NCBI GenBank assembly: GCA_964276515.1 | Contig: OZ193909.1 | Span: 15,314,001-15,378,000 of the forward strand | Reading direction: 5' to 3' | Origin: Gordius albopunctatus | Lineage: Eukaryota | DNA length: 64,000 nt | In this document: positions 1 through 11,934 of the stretch, piece by piece | How positions within the stretch are numbered: the first letter of the stretch is position 1 | Layout of the letters: each line of letters opens with the position of its first letter | Made by a program: the position numbers and the translations under genes | Notes under the pieces: model-generated | What the model was told of the DNA's origin: nothing | Databases searched by the model: none | What the model saw: the letters and a program-made list of their open reading frames with translations, nothing else

Positions 1-1002
1 ATACATAAGAGACGAAAAAAAACTTTAAAAAAATTTCGATTTATACTTTGGCCAATGGTCATTTTTTTCATTGGTCAGTAGCCAGGACACGGTCAAAAAG
101 TCATATTATATTAACAAGAACAATATATTAATTTAAAAAAAGTTTGCCCTCTCCAGGATTCGAACCCACATCATTAAAGGCATAGGCTTTTGTAGGGGGG
201 GGCACAGGGACCCATATCAGTAGAGGCATAGGCCCTTCTAGGGGAGGGAATAGGGTAATTATCAATGTTAACCTAATATACCAATTCAAAAACTAAAATA
301 AAAATTGCGAATCACAATTTGGCCAATGGTCATTTTTTCATTGGTCAGTAGCCAGGACACGGTCAAAAAGTCATATTATCAATGGTATCAACAAGAACAA
401 TATATTAATTTAATTTAAAAAATTTTTTGTGCCCTCTCCGAGATTCGAACCCACATAAGTAGAGGCATAGGCCCTTCTAGGGGAGGGCATAGGGTAATTA
501 TCAATGTTAACCTAATATACCAATTCAAAAACTAAAATAAAAATTGCGAATCACAATTTGGCCAATGGTCATTTTTTCATTGGTCAGTAGCCAGGACACG
601 GTCAAAAAGTCATATTATCAATGGTATCAACAAGAACAATATATTAATTTAATTTAAAAAAATTTTTGTGCCCTCTCCGAGATTCGAACCCACATCAGTA
701 GAGGCATAGGCCCTTCTAGGGGAGGGCATAGGGTAATTATCAATGTTAACCTAATATACCAATTCAAAAACGAAAATAAAAATTGCGAATCACAATTTGG
801 CCAATGGTCATTTTTTTCAATGGTCAGTAGCCAGAACACGGTCAAAAAGTCATATTATCAATGGTATTAACAAGAACAAAATATTAATTTAATTAAAAAA
901 TTTTTTTTGTCCTGTCCGGGTATCGAACCAGCAAGTCAGAAAGTTGAAAGGAAGGACAACGGACGGACAACAAAAAGCGAGCCCATAAATTCCATAGCAA
1001 TT
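1..1002 (-). repeat. Tandem array of ~240-bp units (window-truncated); expanded central repeats of a Helentron/DINE-type element
   Basis: TTGGCCAATGGTC recurs at ~48, 319, 558 and 797. The array ends in GCCCATAAATTCCATAGCAA (981-1000), the same subterminal repeat as the element at 24383-25053. Confidence 0.8.
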
Positions 1003-1046
1003 GAAACAAAACTTAACATAGAAAAGTCGAAGCAATTAGCCAGTAA

Positions 1047-1594
<548 letters not shown>

Positions 1595-2863
1595 AAAATT
1601 ATTACAGTCAGTGTTTTTAGATGGCAATAGGAGACAAAATATCTTCATCCATTCTTAATTACCTACCTCATCGGAGTTTCAATTTTTTCGATTCCTTCCC
1701 TCGAGCGGAATTTTGTGGAAACCCCTATCTGTAATTTTTGTAATTAATTTTATAGTTTCGCGTAAAAGGGCTTAATATTGTAAAAATGAATTTTTACCCA
1801 TAGCAATTATATCTGTTATTATAAAAAGCCGCATATTGTTTACAACAATTATGATTAATCATATCATATGCTTAAAATATATAATCGAGTGTGCTTTTAT
1901 ACTTTAATGACTTTCAAACAAGTCTAAATGGATACCAAATAAAACTCCAATTACAAACTGGTTAAATTTTAAAATTGCTGCTAAGTAATTGCTTTTTAGT
2001 AAATATATAGCTTTTAGTTCCAATGAAAAGATTGGCAGGATGGGTTAGTGAAATTAATGTATTAAAAATTCTTTTGCTCTCTGGCCCTGTTTTAATGTGA
2101 CTGGGGATTTATTTATCAAGCGATTATCTAATATACATTAACTTTTTAACTTTAAATTATATTTTACTTTTCATTCAATAACAGGGTCGGGAAAGATTAA
2201 TATAATACCTGTCTTATCTGATTTGCAAATCTAACAACTTTATAAATTTTTAAATGATAATCAAATTTGTTTGACTGCTTAAACAAATGAGTAAAGTGGC
2301 ATTTAAGTTATAAATTTTTCCGTTTTGTTTTTTCAAATTAAAATACTTCTATATCAATACTAACATAGTCAATAAATTTTGGTAAATGCCCGAAGCAAGA
2401 TAATCTTTTTAATTATAAACAAAACAAATAAATTATTTAAAAAACACCTCAGATTAATTCTCTGAACATAACTTGAGACCTGCAGGGGCGACCCGAGACC
2501 AGACCTGGGCCTAAAATATCATGAGCTTTTAAATCCGGGTCGGGCCGGAAGGGACGTAACAGTTCTAAAATGGCCCGGCCCGATATGAATGAGAGACATT
2601 TAACTTTGTTAAAAACAATATATCGAATTATAAAATTTATAGATAAATTAATAAAAATATATTAAACATTCATTCTTTTCTAGCCATTTTTTATCTACCA
2701 CCGATTTTGCGTTAGATAGATCAAAAAAGTAATCAAATTTTTTTAAACTAAGTCAGGTAATATATACGGATCAGATAAACAAAAAAACTAAGCCAGTCTA
2801 ATATAATTTGTGTTTGGAACCAGGATGGATTTGCCTTCTTAGAACTGTTCATTCTTTTTCTTA

Positions 2864-3834
2864 CAGCGTTTCTCTATTTGTTTGAACATCTTGACTCCCC
2901 TCCCGCACACTAGTAGGGGAGAGAAAAGGGTGATCAATCAAAGCTTTTAAAAATGAACGCTCTTTCCCTCTCCTTCCTTCACGTGCAACTTACTCCCTCT
3001 CTGACCATTTATATGCCTTTGCTACTCTTACATTATTGTTTGCCCTTTTTTATAATTTGGTGGGTTTTTTAAGAAATTTGTTGATTTTTTTGCCAAATTT
3101 TTTAATAAAAAAACGTGGTCGAAATTTTAAAAATATTGCGGGTAATTTTGAAAAAAAAACTGTTGCTTTTTTAAGTTTAAGATTGTAATTTTCTTAAAAA
3201 TTTGGTGGTTTTTGTCAGAAATTTGTTTATTTTTTTGCCAAATTGTTTGATAAAAAACTGTTATTTTTTAAATTTAAATTTATAAAATTTATTACAAAAT
3301 TGGTAAGAAATTTGAATGAAATATTTTTTAAGGTTTTTAAATAAAATAATTTAGCTATTACATTTTTTACACATATACTTTATGAAACTGGTAAAAAAAA
3401 TTAGAATGAACAATTTAAAAGTTTATTTAAAAATCAAATAAATATTTTAATTTAAACCTTAAAATTTATAAATATTTACAGTGTATTTGTATTTTTTTGA
3501 CTTGTATTATAATTTTTTACAATAAAGTTATACATTCCAATATTTGTAATATGTAAATTAAGAGGTTATTTTACCAATTGTTAGTGCCTTATTAAAAAAC
3601 AGCAAAAAACTACAAATTTTAGACGAAAAACGAAAAATTATAAAAAAGGGCAAACAATAATGTAAGAGTAGCGAAGGCATATGAATGATGGTCAAGGGGG
3701 GAGTAAGTTGCACGCGAAGGAAGGATAGGGAAAGAGCGTTCATTTTTAAAAGCTTTGATTGATCAATCACCCTTTTCTCTCCTACTAGTGTACGGGAGGG
3801 GAGTCAAGATGTTCAAACAAATAGAGAAACGCTG
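2864..3834. mobile_element. Non-autonomous Tc1/mariner-type element with ~195-bp terminal inverted repeats
   Basis: CAGCGTTTCTCTATTTG... (2864-~3058) is the reverse complement of ~3635-3834. TA flanks both ends (2862-63, 3835-36). No transposase ORF. Confidence 0.85.
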
Positions 3835-5094
3835 TAATATCTTTATATTCATCGTGAATTTTATCATATATCCTTCGCGCGACTTGAAACATTCATAAAT
3901 GTTAAAGTTAAATAAAAAGTTTAATTGAAGGCTCGACACTTATTTTAAAATTTGCAGAGTTTTATTACCTTTTCAAAGGTTTCTAAGATTGCCAGTGATG
4001 GGGATAAGTAGATTTAAAACCGACTTTGCAGGCGGTTTTATATAATATTATTAAAAATTGAAACACATTAATTTATCACTAATAAATGGAATTATAAAGA
4101 CTAGCTTCTAGATGACTAAATTTTTAAGTTCAAAGTTTATTTTACACATTTATCATAATATTTTTAAAAGTTCCCCAATTTAAAATCGTTAAGATGTTAA
4201 ACATGATTGAATTAGATCAATATAATTTAAAAGTTAAAATATGGTTTCCGAAGATGAGGTTAATGTATAACAAATTAGTGGTGCTATTGCAAACGGTTGT
4301 TCAGTTCTCCTCTTCTCTTCTTCTTCATCAGTTATTAGAGAACTGCACGGGTGACCCAAAACCGACCCGACCAGAACCCGAACCGTGGAGTCCAAAATTT
4401 TGAAATGTCTTTAGGTTGGATCGGGTTCGGTTTGAATATTTTAAAATGTTTTCGTGTTGGATTTAAAGTGTCGGGTCAAAGGCTATGAATCTTACATTGC
4501 AAAATACATGAGACATATTTTTAAATTATTGCTATAATGTATAATATTTTTAATTAATATCGAGATTTATAATTGAAGATCATTCATTCAGATAATTAAA
4601 TTTCATTTTTTTTATAAATCTAATTGTTTTAATTTAGACGCAAGTTTAAATTTAAATCGTGAAAGGTAAAATATATCAACAAAATAATATTTTTAAATTG
4701 TATTTAAAAGTGTGAAGTGGTAGTTCATTATTAATTTAATCTACATAAATTATATTCATAAAACAAATAAAAGTAGGGGAGACCGGGGCTAGTCGTAGCC
4801 CGATAAAGTAAAAACGATTTTTCGGGGCTATTAGTAGCCTTGACAAAATTTTGTATTTTCAACATAACATTTTTTTGGCTGTCTTATAAAGGGATATTTT
4901 TCATATAAAAACCGTCTAATAATTAAATTTTTATCGGCAATATAACATGTTGAATTATTAATTGTTTTTGTAAAAATAGGGGTCGGGGCTAGTCGGAGAG
5001 GTGCTAGTACTAGCCATTTTTCATTGCGTAGACAAATGTCAAGATTTAAAAAAAATAGTTTTGTTTAATAATAAATTATCTTAGTGTAATTTGG

Positions 5095-5151
5095 AATATT
5101 AACACTACCTACGACGGTCCCAAGTCCGTGTGCAAAAAGTGGAGGGTTGGC
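5095..5151 (+). ncRNA. Twister ribozyme (type P1) at the 5' end of RTE copy 1
   Basis: U^AACACUACCUACGACGGUCCCAAGUCCGUGUGCAAAAAGUGGAGGG aligns with the rice twister core UAACACUGCCAAUGCCGGUCCCAAGCCCGGAUAAAAGUGGAGGG (recalled). Pairings: P2 CACU/AGUG, P4 ACGG/CCGU, pseudoknots AC/GU and CCC/GGG. P1 pairs poorly in this copy. Confidence 0.85.
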
Positions 5152-8100
5152 ATCAGGTCGGAAACCGGCTATAAAAATCAACTCCAAAATTTATGATAGT
5201 TCCAAACGAGATTTTACAAGAAAAGGCTAGGGCGTCCTCCACAAACGACGCGCACTGCATACCCCGCCCGTGCAATGTGAAAAATACACTAGGGTTACTG
5301 CCCAACTCACAACGAAGGCGGTTAAGGAAACTAGTTGTGGAAAGAATGCGAATTACGTGCTGGAATGTGGGAACGTTGACGGGGAAGAGCATCGAGGTCG
5401 CACAGATGTTAAAAAGAAGAAAGGTACACATCGCCTGCCTACAAGAGACGAGGTGGAACGGAACGAAAGCTCGGGAATTAGGAGAAGGATACAAGCTTTT
5501 CTACAGTGGGTCACCAAATCGTAGAAACGGGGTCGGTATCGTTCTAAGCGAATCGTTCAAGGACAAGGTGGTGGAAGTCAAACGTTGTTCCGACAGGCTA
5601 ATGTGGGTGAAGATTGTGGATCAAGGGGGCCTCCTAATCGTTATGTGCGCGTATGCTCCCCAAATTTGGTGTTTGGAATCAGAGAAAGACATATTCTTCG
5701 AATCATTGGAAAAGGAAATACAAGGAATCCGACAGGAAGAAAGGCTAATTATTGGGGCCGATTTCAACGCTCACGTAGGGAAAGATCGCCTCGGGTATGA
5801 ACGCAATCATGGAGGCTATGGGCATGGTCTGAAGAACAAAGAAGGGGAAAAACTTCTCCAAGTATGCCAAGCATATGACATGGCGATCGTTAACACCTAT
5901 TTTCAAAAGTGCGAAGATCATATTGTGACCTATATAAGTGGGAAGCATTTTAGTCAAATCGACTATTTGCTTATACTGCGAAAGGACTTATGGAGTATCA
6001 AAGATTGCAAAGTAATACCGGGAGAAGAAATCGCTAGGCAACATCGTCCCCTTGTTATGGATCTTGACAGAAGAGTATTTCACGAAATAAGAAAGGTAAA
6101 TGAACCTCGAATTCGATACGAAAGGCTAAAGAATACGTCGACGAACGAAGAATACCATCAAAAAGCCTCCTTACTCTTGGGTGCAAGGAAGTTGCAAAGG
6201 GGCGTAGACGAAGATTGGGAAACGCTATCTAAGGACATTAAGGAAACAGCGATTCGTGTTCTAGGACAGACCAAAGGAGGCAAAGCTATGAATAGGGAAC
6301 TATGGTGGTGGGATCAATCGGTTAAAGATTTCATCGAAATAAAGAAAAATCTATATAGACGGTGGCATAAATCAAAAAAGTCGGAGGATTATCAAGAGTA
6401 CAGGGATGCAAAGAGGGCCACAAAAAAGGCCGTTGCAAAAGCGAAGAATGCTGCGTACACCGAGATGGCAAACAAACTTGATCATAAAGGGGGCAATAGG
6501 CTTATGTACAAATTTGCCAAGATAAGGGAGAAGAAAAGTCGAGATGTCGGAGTTCTTAAAATAGTCAAAAGCGAGAAGGGTCAAACCTTATTCAAGCCGA
6601 AGGAAGTGATGGAAAGGTGGAAAGGATATTTTAAGAAACTTATGAATATTGCAAATGACAAGGATTCCCTTCCCGAAATTGAGCCAAATATAAGTATGGT
6701 CGAACTCTTCCAGAAGGATGAAGTTAGGACACAAATGAACAAGATGCAAAAAGGAAAAGCAAATGGCCCAGATGGAATACCTATGGAAGCATTGCTCGGA
6801 TGTCGTGAAGAAGGAGTCACCACCATGACGAACCTCCTTAACAAGATATTGGTAGAAGAGCGAATCCCTAATCAATGGAGAGCAAGCACGATTATACCCT
6901 TATTCAAAGAAAAAGGAGACCCTCAGGACTGCGGCAATTACAGAGGTATCAAGCTAACTTGCCACTCCTTGAAGCTTTTGGAAAGGATCTTAGTAACAAG
7001 GCTGAAAAACGAGGTGGAAATATCGGCTAATCAATTCGGATTCGTGGCCGGCAAATCCACAATCAACCCAATCTTCGCCCTAAGACAAATGATGGATAAG
7101 TATGGTGAAAAGAGGAAAGACCTACATATAGTTTTTATCGACTTGGAGAAAGCTTATGACAAGGTCCCCCGCGATTTAATATGATGGTGCCTAAGGAAAC
7201 AAAATATCCCTGACGCATATATACGGCTTATGAAAAATATCTATGAAGCCTCAAACTCTTGCGTTAGGACGACAGTTGGAGACTCTAAACCTTTTCGGGT
7301 TAATATTGGATTACATCAAGGCTCTGCTTTAAGTCCCTTTTTATTTAATATAATTATAGACACGATAACGAGGGACTTTCAAAAGCCATCGCCATGGTGT
7401 ATGCTATATGCCGATGGTATAGTACTATGCGAGGAAACAAGGGAGAAGGTATTCGAAGAAGCAGAAAAGTGGTCAAAGCGCTTAGCTGGATATGGTTTAA
7501 AGATCAACGATCGAAAAACGGTATACATGGAAATGAAGGTACAAGCACTCCATCGCTGGATGACCACCTAAAGTACCCAAAAGTAGACAGGTTTACTTAC
7601 CTCGGCTCTATGCTACATCAAGAGGGAGGTTGCGCAACTGAAATCAATGCCCGGATTCAAAAAGGATGGCTTAAATGGCGAAGTATATCCGGTGTAATGT
7701 GCGACAAGAAAATGCCAATATGGTTGAAGAGCAAAGCTTACAAATCCATCGTAAGACCGGTGTTACTCTATGGAAGTGAAACATGGGCATTAAACACCAC
7801 GGAAGGAAAGCTATTACAAGCCACGGAGATGAGAATGATACGATGGAGCTTGGGGTATACTAAGCTCGACCATATGACGAATGACTTTCTCATGACAAAA
7901 ATGGGTATTCAACCTATGGCGGACATGATTAACGAAAATCGTCTAAGGTGGTATGGGCATATACTAAGAAGGGACCCGGATGACGTAAATCGAAAAGTGC
8001 TAGACATGAAAATACCGGGGAAGAGAGGAAGAGGACGACCCCGTGTCACGTGGAAAAGGCAAGTCGATAAAGTTATGGAAACTAAAGAGATTCGTCAAGA

Positions 8101-8192
8101 CATGGCACTAACCCGGTCAAGATGGAAGAGAATCATCAAAACAAACCCCACCAATGTGGGACCAAATAACTGATAAAGAAGAAGAAGAAGAA
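5101..8192 (+). mobile_element. Full-length RTE-clade non-LTR retrotransposon, copy 1 (defective)
   Basis: APE endonuclease motifs (WNVGTL, LQETRW, GADFNAH, SQIDY) and RT motifs (FIDLEKAYD, GLHQGSALSP). (GAA)n tail; 15-bp TSD GTAATTTGGAATATT (5086-5100, 8193-8207). Defects: stop at 7182-84, YADD changed to YADG, frameshift near 7537. Confidence 0.96.
5193..8173 (+). pseudogene. Disrupted APE-RT ORF of RTE copy 1
   Basis: ORFs 5193-7184, 7230-7571 and 7394-8173 join into a single ORF when compared with copy 2. Confidence 0.92.
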
Positions 8193-8808
8193 GTAATTTG
8201 GAATATTAATAGACTATTTAAAGTTTTTTTCAATTGCAGAATTTGTCTTTTATGGGTATACCTCAATCAGATTATCATCATGCCACTTTTTTATTTGTAT
8301 TATGTAAAATATTTTTTTTATAATAAAACAATTTTTTGATTGATTTGAGTTAGCATACACCAATAGAAAGTAAAAACGTAAGGGATAATCTATCCCCCGA
8401 AAGGGGATATAACTTGCACGGGAAATTTTTAAATCTTTAGGATTTTTGTTTTTTTTGAATTTAATTTGTGAGAAAACTATAAAAAAATTTAAGCCGAATT
8501 TTTTTTCTATAGTAAAAATATACCTTAAAATTACGTTCCAACAAAAAAATTAAAAAAATAATTTTTAGTTTTTCTTAAACGCGATTTAATTTTTTATGGC
8601 TATTTAGTCCCCGGTCTCCCCTAAGTTTAAATTTACAAAATGATTCATTTCCAAAACTATATATTTCAAATTAGACCCGATATTGTAGATGCTATCATAT
8701 TTATACATCTCAATAATGAATCATTCAAATAGATTTAGCAATCAAAATCGGAAGTCTAAATAAATTTCATAACGCACTTTAATTTGTCGATTAAATTTTA
8801 AACACTCT

Positions 8809-8970
8809 CATGGGCGTAGCCAGGTTTAAAATTAGAGGGGGGCAATAATGATTAAGGGAGGGGCAAAAACCATTTTTTAAGTTTTAGCCTTAATTTGATT
8901 AAATATCTACAATTTCTGGATTCAGAGGGGGGCAACCGCTTGTCCCTGCCACCCCCTGAATACGCCTATG
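8809..8970. mobile_element. Short hAT-type MITE (CATGGGCGTA...TACGCCTATG)
   Basis: Short TIRs, ~160 bp. Same family as 55251-55415. Confidence 0.7.
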
Positions 8971-9121
8971 ATCACCGCAATTTGTCTTACTCTCGTGTTG
9001 GATACCAAAATTTGAAACGTGTTCGGGAGGGATTCGGGGTCGGGTTCTGTGTAAAAATCTTTAAAATGCTTTCGGGTCGGGTAGAGTTCGGGTTGAAAAA
9101 AAGTGACCTTGAAGTTCTCTA

Positions 9122-11934
9122 GTTTGTTTTAATGAGTTTCTTCCATCTTGACCGGGTAAGTGCCATGTCTTGACTAATCTTTTTTGTTTTCATAACTTTA
9201 TCGACTTGCCCTTTCGACATGACACGAATTCGTCCTCTTCCTCTCGTCCCGTTATTTCCATTTCTAGCACTTTTTGATTTAAATCATTCGTCTTCCTTCT
9301 TAGTATATGCCCATCCCACCTTATCCGATTTTCGTTAACCATGTCCGCCATAGGTTGAATACACATTTTCGTCACGAGAAAGTCATTCATCATATGGTCC
9401 AGCTTATTATACTCCGAGCTTCACCGTATCATTCTCATCTCTGTGGCTAGTAATAGCTTTTCTTCCGTAGTGTTTAATGCCCATGTTTCATTTCTTTAGA
9501 GTAAAACCAGGCTAACGATGGATTTGTAAGCTTTGCTCTTCAACCATATTGGCAATTCCTGTCACACATTAATCAGATATACTTTACCATTTAAACCATC
9601 CTTTTTGAATCCGGCATTAACTTCTGTTGCAACCTTCCTCTTGATGTAGCATTGAACCGAGGTATATGAACTTGTCTACTTTTAGGTAATTTATATGGTC
9701 ATCGAGCGATGGACTACCTTTAATGTCGTTTCCATGTATACCGTTTTTCGATCTCTGTCCTTTAAACCATATCCAGCTAAAAGCTTTGACCACTTTTCGG
9801 CTTCTTCGAATACCTTCTACTTTTCTTCTAGCATATTACTATATCATCTGCATAGAGCATATACCATGGCGATGGCTTTCGAATGTCTCTCGTTAACGTG
9901 TCAATAATTATATTAAATAAAAAGGGACTTAAATCAGATCATTGATGTATTTTAATTTAAACCCGAAAAGGTTTAGAGTCTCCAACTGTCGTCCTAACGT
10001 AGGAATTTTAAGCTGCATAAATATTTTTATAAGCCGTATATATGCGTCAGGGATATTTTGTTTTCTCATGGACCACCATATTAAATCGCGAGGGACCGTG
10101 TCATAAGCTTTCTTCAAATCGATAAAGACATATGTAGATAGATCTCTTCTCTTATCACCATATTTATGCATATTTTGTCCTAGTGCGAAGATTGTGTCGA
10201 TTATGGATTTGCCGGCCATGAATTAGTTATTCGATATTTAACCTCGTTTTTCAGCCTTTTTAATAAGATCCTTTCCATAGGCTTCAAGGCGTGGCAAGTT
10301 AGCTCGATACCACTGTAATTGCCACACTCCTGAGGGTCTCCTTTGCCTTTAAATAAGGGTATAATCGTGATTGCTCTCCATTGATTAGGAATTCGCTCCT
10401 TTTTGCATCTTGTTCATTTGTGTCCTAACTTTATATTCCTGAAAGAGTGCGACCATCCTTATGTTTGGCTAAATATCCGGAAGAGAATCTCTGTAAATTG
10501 CAATATTCATAAGTTTCTTAAGATATCCTTTCCATCACTTACTTCGGCTTGAATAAGGTTTGACCCTTCTCATTTTTGACTATTTCAAGAACTCCCATAT
10601 CGCGACTTTGTTCTCCCTTATCTAGGCCAAATTGTTCAAAAGCCTATCGCTCCATTTTTGGCGCAGTTTGTTTGTAATCTCGGTGTACGCCATCGCTATT
10701 GCACCTGCCCTTTTTGCGGCTCTCATTGCCTCCATATACTCTTGATAATCCTCCGCCATTCTTTATTTATGCCGCCGTCTATATAGATTTTTCTTTCTTT
10801 CTATGAAATCTCTAACTTATTGATTCCACCACCATAGCTCCTTATTTATAGCTTGGCCTCCTATGGTCTGTCCTAGAACTCGAATCGCTGTTTCTTTTAT
10901 ATCCTTAGTTAGCGTCTTTCAATCTTCGTCTACGTCCCTTTGCAACTTCCTAACACCCAAGAGTGAGGAGGCTTTATGATGGTATTTTTCGTTCGTCGGC
11001 CTTAGTCTTTCGTATCGAATTCGAGGTTCAAAGCCCTTTCTTCTTTCGGTAGATACTTTTCTGTCAGGATCCCCAATAAGGGGACGATGTTGCCACAATT
11101 TTTTCTTCCGGCAATCCTTGATATTACATAAGACCTTTCGCCCTATGAGCAGATAGTGAATTTGACTAAAATGCTTCCCACTTCTATAAGTCACAATATG
11201 ATCTTCATGTTTATAAAAATAGGTGTTAACGAACGCCATGTCCTATGCTTGGGATTTTTGGGAGAAGTTTTTCCCCTTCTTTGTTCCTCAGACCATGCCC
11301 ATAGCCTCCATAATTTGAGGCGATCTTTCCCTACGTGAGCGTTTAAATCCGCGCCAATAATTAGCCTATCTTTTTGTCCTATTACCTGTATTTTCTTTTC
11401 AATGAATCGAAGAATATATCTTTCTCTGATTCCATTAACCCAATTTGGGGACCATACACGCACATAACGCTTAGTAGATCCCCTTGATCTGCAATATTTA
11501 CCCACATTCGCCTGTCTGAACAACGCTTGACTTCCAACACCTTGTTCTTGAACGATTCGGTTAGAACGATACCGACCCCATCTCTACGATTTGATGACCC
11601 ACTGTAGAATAGTTTGTATCCTTCCCCTAACTACCAGGCTTTGGTTCCGTTCCACCTCATCTATTGTAGGCAGGCAATGTGTACCTTTCTTCTCTTTAGA
11701 ATTTGTGCGACCTTGATGCTCTTTCCCGTCAACTTCCCTTCATTCCATCACGTTACTCGCATTCTTTCCAAGACTAATTTCCTTAACCGCCTTTGTTGTG
11801 AGCTGGACAGTAACCCTAGTTTATTTTTTACATTGCACGGGCGAATTATGCATTTGTTTGAATCTATCTTGATTTTAGAGTTGGTTTTTATAGCCGGTTT
11901 CCGCCCTCACGCCAACCCTCCACTTGTTGCACAC
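9122..11934 (-). mobile_element. Older degenerate RTE, copy 3; its (GAA)n tail is displaced to ~4306-4335
   Basis: Reverse complement is collinear with copy 1 and has many stops and indels. TTCTTCTTCATCAGTTAT lies left of the MITE at 4336. Only the 3' half of the twister survives (~11912-11934). Confidence 0.92.

Larger units (their letters stand above)
4776..8621. mobile_element. pogo/Tc1-mariner non-autonomous element (TIR GGGGAGACCGGGG, TA TSD), interrupted by an RTE
   Basis: TIRs at 4776 and 8621 with TA on both sides. The paralogous MITE at ~44711-44732 shows the empty site AAATAAAAG-TA-AGTTTAAATTT. Confidence 0.9.
4336..9121. mobile_element. hAT-type MITE (TIR TAGAGAACT(G/T)CA) carrying nested insertions
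   Basis: Starts TAGAGAACTGCA and ends TGAAGTTCTCTA, with CGGGT/ACCCG subterminal repeats. Its body matches the copy ending at 45450. No clean TSD. Confidence 0.75.

Noticed and set aside
140..930. tRNA genes suggested by GATTCGAACCC, or a CRISPR-like array
   Set aside because: Only a T-loop/B-box fragment is present with no cloverleaf. Units repeat in full with no unique spacers, and the DNA is eukaryotic.
7182..7184. Genome-wide UGA=Trp reassignment suggested by several TGG-to-TGA changes in transposons
   Set aside because: The reconstructed host genes use TGG for Trp and contain no in-frame TGA. G-to-A decay explains isolated cases.
5153..7567. Short antisense and alternate-frame ORFs repeated in both RTE copies
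   Set aside because: Shadow frames of the RT ORF; they recur only because the copies are near-identical.
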